Virus record (IMG/VR): IMGVR_UViG_3300029319_007985
Location: 32,001 to 96,000 of that record
Strand: one strand, 5' to 3'
Source of the DNA: a virus
DNA: 64,000 nt
Each line of letters opens with the position of its first letter. Position 1 is the stretch's first letter. Positions 59,346-64,000 of this stretch are shown here, in pieces. The translations under genes and the position numbers were made by a program. Under the pieces are notes generated by a model. It made no database searches, was not told where the DNA came from, and saw nothing but the letters and a program-made list of their open reading frames with translations.

Positions 59346-59841
59346 TTACGGTGACTGCGAATATAGTGAAGAGGCTATAATCGAACAGATCTATCAAAAT
59401 CCAAAACTAGACATATCTAATTTAAATATAGAATCTAAACTGTACGAACAGGCTCTAGCAAAATTACAAATCGATCTTCCAAAACTACTATCAAAAGTTA
59501 CCCACACTGAAACAATCAGCCAGTTTGACAAAGCACATTACAACGATTGGCACATGCCAGAGTCATACACAAAAATAGATGTAAAAAATTATCTCTTGGA
59601 AAAATGTAAAAATGAGCAAGAGCGTGAAAGGGTAGAAGCAGAATATAAATTATTTGAAACTAAAGGATTCATAAAAGTTTTACAATTTTTGATATATTTT
59701 GTAGACACACTAAGGCACAATAATGTGGTATGGGGTGTTGGCAGAGGCTCCTCAGTAAGCAGTTTTTGTTTGTTCTTAATTGGTGTTCATAAAATCAATC
59801 CATTGATATACGATTTAGATTACACTGAATTTTTGAGATGA
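59320..59841 (+). CDS. stand-alone fragment of DNA polymerase III alpha (DnaE-like)
   Basis: ERVEAEY...VWGVGRGSSVSSFCLFLIGVHKINP corresponds to DnaE GPGRGS..GSLV.Y.LGIT.VDP. Confidence 0.8.
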   Translation: MATKVKINDYGDCEYSEEAIIEQIYQNPKLDISNLNIESKLYEQALAKLQIDLPKLLSKVTHTETISQFDKAHYNDWHMPESYTKIDVKNYLLEKCKNEQERERVEAEYKLFETKGFIKVLQFLIYFVDTLRHNNVVWGVGRGSSVSSFCLFLIGVHKINPLIYDLDYTEFLR

Positions 59842-59864
59842 TAAGTAAAATTAAAGGAGACAGT

Positions 59865-60248
59865 ATGCCAATATCTAGAGCACCAAGAAGAAAAATGTAT
59901 AGAACCATGCAGGGCCGTATGGTTGATATAGAAAAATTAAGAGGAGCCAACGAAAACGTTAGAGCAGTTGGTAATATGAAAGTAAATGCTCGTGGTGATG
60001 TGCTTGGTCCTGGTGGTACGGTTGCAAAACAAAAGGAGCAAGTAATGAAAGAATATTATGAAACTCCAAAAGGTAGAGCGATTGATACTCCAAAACTAAA
60101 AACTCCACCAAAACCTAGAATAGAATCTCAACCAGTAAAACCAGTGGCACCTAAGGCCGCACCTAAAATTACAAAAACAGTTGAGTCAAAAAAAACAACT
60201 ACTAAACCAAAGACTGGAATCGACGCCGCACTTGACGGATTGGAATAG
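59865..60248 (+). CDS. hypothetical phage protein
   Basis: Start MPISRAP after AAGGAG; AVGNMKVNARGD.LG.GG motif. Confidence 0.7.
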   Translation: MPISRAPRRKMYRTMQGRMVDIEKLRGANENVRAVGNMKVNARGDVLGPGGTVAKQKEQVMKEYYETPKGRAIDTPKLKTPPKPRIESQPVKPVAPKAAPKITKTVESKKTTTKPKTGIDAALDGLE

Positions 60249-60256
60249 TAGGCCCA

Positions 60257-61024
60257 ATGAAATTATTAAATTGTGGATGTAGTTTTGCACATGGCTACAA
60301 TTCAATTCCACTTGATAATTATAACATTTTAAATCAACCTGGACTAATGAGTCCAGGCACCAAAAGAACTACCGCCACCGCTTACAAAAGTGCTGGTTGG
60401 CATCTAGCACAATCAAAAGATATGGAGTATATTGACATTGCACGTAATGGCAACAGCAATGAAGGGATATTAAGAACATTAAGAACTTACATCCATCTTA
60501 ATGACACAAAAGACTTATTCGTTTTGATCGGTTGGACACATGCATTTAGGAGAGAATACATGAGTGTGGTGACAGATAAAAACAAAAATGAATTTACTCA
60601 GTACAGAGAAATTCCAAGTTCTGGATCATTTTTAAATTCATTTGCCCAGGGAAAATCACCAATGATGGTTGAATTTAATGAAAGGAACTTCCGCCCTTTG
60701 GCATATGATGACCATATAGAATATAGACAATACAACATTATGTTGCAGGCACAACAGTTGTTACAACTAAAAAACATACCTTACCTCATGTACAATGCCT
60801 GTGGTAACGAGCATCAAAGCAATGACAGAGAAGTATTACAACTAAAAGATCAAATCGATAAGAAAAATTTTTTTAGATTTACAGGGCCAAGTTTTGATGA
60901 ATATGTTTTAGCCAACAGAATGTATCTTTCCAAAGATGGAGGACATCCTGGTCCAAAAGGACATCAACATCTTGCTGATTTATTAAGACCTAAGTTTGAT
61001 ACAATATTGACAAAAACCAACTAA
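60257..61024 (+). CDS. SGNH/GDSL-like hydrolase, paralog of 43678..44517
   Basis: CGCSFAHG, GNSNEGILR, GGHPGPKGH. Confidence 0.65.
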   Translation: MKLLNCGCSFAHGYNSIPLDNYNILNQPGLMSPGTKRTTATAYKSAGWHLAQSKDMEYIDIARNGNSNEGILRTLRTYIHLNDTKDLFVLIGWTHAFRREYMSVVTDKNKNEFTQYREIPSSGSFLNSFAQGKSPMMVEFNERNFRPLAYDDHIEYRQYNIMLQAQQLLQLKNIPYLMYNACGNEHQSNDREVLQLKDQIDKKNFFRFTGPSFDEYVLANRMYLSKDGGHPGPKGHQHLADLLRPKFDTILTKTN

Positions 61025-61035
61025 AATACTATAAT
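61007..61035 (+). promoter_or_regulatory. sigma70-type promoter
   Basis: TTGACA-17 bp-TATAAT, 7 nt before groES ATG. Confidence 0.75.
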
Positions 61036-61042
61036 TATAGAC

Positions 61043-61489
61043 ATGGGACAAATAGAAGATTTACAAAATAAAGGTTTTGGCAGTCACGGTGGAAGACAGT
61101 ACACCGTTGAATATGATATTACTCCATTAAAGAAACGTGTTTTGGTAACAAACATGAAATTTGGAGAGATCAAAACTGCCGGGGGAATAATTATACCTGA
61201 CGATGACGGTACCGAATCTGGCATACACCCGCGTTGGGCAGAAGTGTACGCAGTAGGTAGCAAACAGGAAGACGTCAAAGTAGGGCAATGGATATTGGTG
61301 GCTCACGGCAGATGGAGTAGATCTTTCAAAGTTAAAAAGAATGGAAAAGAATTTGAAGTGAGAATGATTGATGAAAATGACATTTTATTAGTTTCTGACG
61401 AAAGACCCGCTGACGAAACATCTAAAAAAGCAGGTTACGTAAACACTGGCGGTATGCAACAAATGACAAGTTTACCGGGAAATGATTAA
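61043..61489 (+). CDS. groES: GroES-like co-chaperonin
   Basis: [10 protein letters not shown]...[10 protein letters not shown]...VYAVG...VKVGQ.IL...IDENDIL. Confidence 0.85.
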   Translation: MGQIEDLQNKGFGSHGGRQYTVEYDITPLKKRVLVTNMKFGEIKTAGGIIIPDDDGTESGIHPRWAEVYAVGSKQEDVKVGQWILVAHGRWSRSFKVKKNGKEFEVRMIDENDILLVSDERPADETSKKAGYVNTGGMQQMTSLPGND

Positions 61490-62748
61490 TGGAAGAAGAA
61501 AAAAAATATAAACCAGTAAACACAAACAAAGTGGCGGAGAACACTTCGCCGTTCAAAGGTGTGTTAGGTTGGCTAGATAACAGACTGCCAGTATTCAGGA
61601 TGTTCAAGCACGAATACTTGGACTTCCAAGTACCAAAAACTTTGACATACTTTTGGAGTTTTGGAGCAATATTGACATTTTGTTTATTAGGTCTAATTAT
61701 AACAGGCCTAATATTAGGAATGCATTATAAACCATCTACGGCAGAAGCATTTGACAGTGTTGAAAAAATTATGCGTGATGTCAACTACGGTTGGCTGATA
61801 AGGTACATGCATATGAACCTGGCGTCCTTTTTCTTTATTGCAGTCTATATACACATGTTCCGCGGATTATATTTTGGTTCTTACAAATCACCTCGAGAAC
61901 TTATGTGGATCTTAGGATTAATAATTTATTTCTTAATGGTGGCAACTGCATTTTTAGGATACACTTTGCCATGGGGGCAAATGAGTTTTTGGGGAGCAAC
62001 TGTTATAACAAGTTTATTTGGAGCAATACCTTATATTGGTGAAACTATAACACATTGGTTATGGGGCGCCTACGCAGTTGACGATCCAACATTAAACAGG
62101 TTTTATGTATTGCACTGGCTTATAGCATTTCTAATTGTGGGTGTTGTGTTGTTTCATGTTATTGCACTACACATGACCGGATCAAACAATCCAACAGGAG
62201 TTGAACCAAAAGACACTAGAGATACTGTAAGTTTTCATCCTTATGTCACAACAAAGGATTTATTTGCATTTTTAGTTTTTATTGTAATATTCGCGGCATT
62301 TTTATTTTTCATGCCTAACTATCTTGGACACCCTGACAACTATATAAAAGCCAATCCGTTAGTGACACCTGCACATATTGTACCTGAGTGGTATTTTTTA
62401 CCTTGGTACGCAGTGCTAAGAGCGATACCTGACAAACTAGGCGGAGTAATTGCAATGGTGTCAGCGATCGGCGTAATAGGTTTACTGCCATGGCTAGACA
62501 CTAGTAAGATAAGAAGTTCTATATATAGACCAGTCTGGAAACAGTTTGTTTGGATTTTGGTTGCGGACTTCTTCCTTCTAATGTACTGCGGTGCTATGCC
62601 GGCGGAACAACCATTTGTTCTTTTGAGTCAAATAGGTACAGCATATTGGTTCTTATTTTTCTTAGTAATTGCACCGGTTGTGGGTTGGACCGAGAAACCT
62701 ACACCTCCCCCTGCGGCTATTCACTTATACAAAAAATCTAAAAAATGA
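61489..62748 (+). CDS. petB: cytochrome b of the bc1 complex
   Basis: Four heme His (RYMH, YIHMFRG, VLHW, LFHV), [34 protein letters not shown]; alphaproteobacterial-length 419 aa. Confidence 0.96.
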   Translation: MEEEKKYKPVNTNKVAENTSPFKGVLGWLDNRLPVFRMFKHEYLDFQVPKTLTYFWSFGAILTFCLLGLIITGLILGMHYKPSTAEAFDSVEKIMRDVNYGWLIRYMHMNLASFFFIAVYIHMFRGLYFGSYKSPRELMWILGLIIYFLMVATAFLGYTLPWGQMSFWGATVITSLFGAIPYIGETITHWLWGAYAVDDPTLNRFYVLHWLIAFLIVGVVLFHVIALHMTGSNNPTGVEPKDTRDTVSFHPYVTTKDLFAFLVFIVIFAAFLFFMPNYLGHPDNYIKANPLVTPAHIVPEWYFLPWYAVLRAIPDKLGGVIAMVSAIGVIGLLPWLDTSKIRSSIYRPVWKQFVWILVADFFLLMYCGAMPAEQPFVLLSQIGTAYWFLFFLVIAPVVGWTEKPTPPPAAIHLYKKSKK

Positions 62749-62984
62749 CCGAATTTACTTGTGGTAAATGTGGAACCAATTTTAAGGATTGCGTTTATTG
62801 GTTTGATAGTTTATACTATGCTAAATTCGACCATAGAAAAATTATTCCTTTCTGTGGTCCTAAATGCGTAGACGAATGGCACAAAGAAAACAACGTAAAA
62901 GAATGGGAACTAAGAAAAGCACCTTATCCAAAAGGTCCAGAATGGCAAATGATTACAAACCTATACCCTGCCATGTTCCAATAG
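62745..62984 (+). CDS. small zinc-binding protein
   Basis: CGKC...FCGPKC. Confidence 0.6.
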   Translation: MTEFTCGKCGTNFKDCVYWFDSLYYAKFDHRKIIPFCGPKCVDEWHKENNVKEWELRKAPYPKGPEWQMITNLYPAMFQ

Positions 62985-63334
62985 AAAAACTAGTCACTCT
63001 GGCAGAACTAGGACTTGGAGTAGAAAGGCCACTTAATTCAGAAAAAAGAAAGTGGATAGCCAAACTAGCAAAGGAAGGCAGTGACCAACCTATTCTTGTC
63101 ACTCCAATAAAAGACTCCGGATACTTTGTGTTGGCAGATGGTTGGCATAGGGTACAAGCCGCAAAAAAGAAAAACAAGAAAAAAATCTACGCACTACAAG
63201 TTCCTGTGAGGGTAGGACTTACAATGGCAAAAGTAAACAAAATATTACGGGACATCGATAAAGAATTTGATTACAAACTTGACACTAGTGGTGTTGTGGC
63301 TCACTGGGCAGTTATGCAATCAATGTTATACTAA
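62942..63334 (+). CDS. ParB/Srx-like N-terminal domain protein
   Basis: QPILV...LADGWHRVQAA; start set to ATG 62942. Confidence 0.7.
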   Translation: MANDYKPIPCHVPIEKLVTLAELGLGVERPLNSEKRKWIAKLAKEGSDQPILVTPIKDSGYFVLADGWHRVQAAKKKNKKKIYALQVPVRVGLTMAKVNKILRDIDKEFDYKLDTSGVVAHWAVMQSMLY

Positions 63335-63342
63335 GGAGGAAA

Positions 63343-63462
63343 ATGAAGATAACCAAGAAAGCAAAAACAATAGCACAAACTAAAAGGACTTTAGCAGGAC
63401 TAATATCGATAGGCTTTGTCCTTTTGATGGTCGCAGTTTTACTAAACCAACTACAAAGATAG
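63343..63462 (+). CDS. small single-TM protein (39 aa)
   Basis: AGGAGG RBS; basic N-terminus then hydrophobic helix. Confidence 0.55.
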   Translation: MKITKKAKTIAQTKRTLAGLISIGFVLLMVAVLLNQLQR

Positions 63463-63463
63463 T

Positions 63464-63547
63464 ATGAATCAAATATTACCTTTTGCATTAGCAGTGATAA
63501 TCACGGTGGCTGTTATTTTGGCCATTGTGTATTATGTGCCAATGTAG
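63464..63547 (+). CDS. small single-TM protein (27 aa)
   Basis: MNQILPFALAVIITVAVILAIVYYVPM*; fills the gap exactly. Confidence 0.4.
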   Translation: MNQILPFALAVIITVAVILAIVYYVPM

Positions 63548-63558
63548 TATAATGAATT

Positions 63559-64000
63559 ATGAAAGAACTTTGGGTAGAAAAATATAGACCGGACACACTG
63601 AAAGACTACGTCGTCAGAGACGAAGCACAAAGACTACAGATCGGCGCATGGATAAAAGAAGGAGCGATCCCGCACTTACTATTATCAGGTGCTCCTGGTG
63701 TGGGTAAGACAACACTTGCAAAAATACTTTTTAACGAACTAAAAGTAGATGGCTATGACATACTTGAAATAAACGCTTCGAGAGAAAACAGTGTAGACAC
63801 GGTGAGAGATAAAATTATCAACTTTGTGCAAATTATGCCATTTGGTTCGTTCAAGTATGTTTTGTTGGATGAAGCAGACTATATTACTCCAAACGGTCAG
63901 GCGGCACTGCGTGGCGTGATGGAGACATATCACACGTCAGCAAGATTCATATTGACATGCAACTATCCCAACAGAATCATTCCTGCACTGCATTCAAGAT
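63559..64000 (+). CDS. clamp loader small subunit (RFC / T4 gp44-like), partial
   Basis: LWVEKYRP, GAPGVGKTT, EINAS, LLDEAD, ILTCNY..IIPALHSR; runs off window, absent from ORF track. Confidence 0.93.
   Translation, partial: MKELWVEKYRPDTLKDYVVRDEAQRLQIGAWIKEGAIPHLLLSGAPGVGKTTLAKILFNELKVDGYDILEINASRENSVDTVRDKIINFVQIMPFGSFKYVLLDEADYITPNGQAALRGVMETYHTSARFILTCNYPNRIIPALHSR

Noticed and set aside
1-64000. Bacterial chromosome or genomic island interpretation
   Set aside because: Host-like genes are orphaned from their operons (petB, sufB, pstS, clpX) and interleaved with tail/baseplate genes, an RFC-type clamp loader and T4-like late motifs on one strand
1-64000. CRISPR array, tRNA/rRNA, integrase/transposase, DGR
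   Set aside because: No spaced identical repeats, cloverleafs, recombinase or reverse-transcriptase motifs seen by eye; intergenic gaps are short. A tRNAscan/CRISPR scan was not run
1-64000. Stop-codon reassignment as in some jumbo phages
   Set aside because: Conserved genes are full length in code 11 and end with TAA, TAG or TGA at expected positions

Overview
AT-rich, almost entirely plus-strand, densely packed 64-kb segment that reads as part of a large (jumbo-type) myovirus genome. The host is probably a marine alphaproteobacterium (SAR11-like; inferred from PetB/SufB/Hsp20/PstS style). Phage hallmarks: four paralogous tail-fibre/baseplate proteins with a T4 gp9/gp10-like N-terminus, an Ig-repeat baseplate protein, a stand-alone DnaE fragment, GroES, an RFC/gp44-type clamp loader, ThyX, a DexA-like exonuclease, and a recurring TAAATA late-promoter-like motif. 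It carries many host-type genes: tctA/tctC, sufB/sufE/iscA, clpX/clpS/hsp20/rpsU/grx, btuB-like receptor, pstS, sodC, uvsE, queD and an orphan full-length cytochrome b. Highlights: (1) a ~10-kb locus joining a giant FecR/acidic-rod/cadherin/RTX protein, TolC, a stripped-down type I secretion ABC membrane domain (no ATPase), a hairpin-less HlyD and a CHASE2 adenylate cyclase, a candidate phage-encoded trans-envelope sensing system; (2) cis-regulators on auxiliary genes: a class II cobalamin riboswitch, a preQ1-like pseudoknot before queD, a ROSE-like thermometer before hsp20 and a Pho box before pstS; (3) many promoters sit 5-8 nt from the ATG, implying widespread leaderless mRNAs. All calls come from motif recognition by eye; no searches were run.
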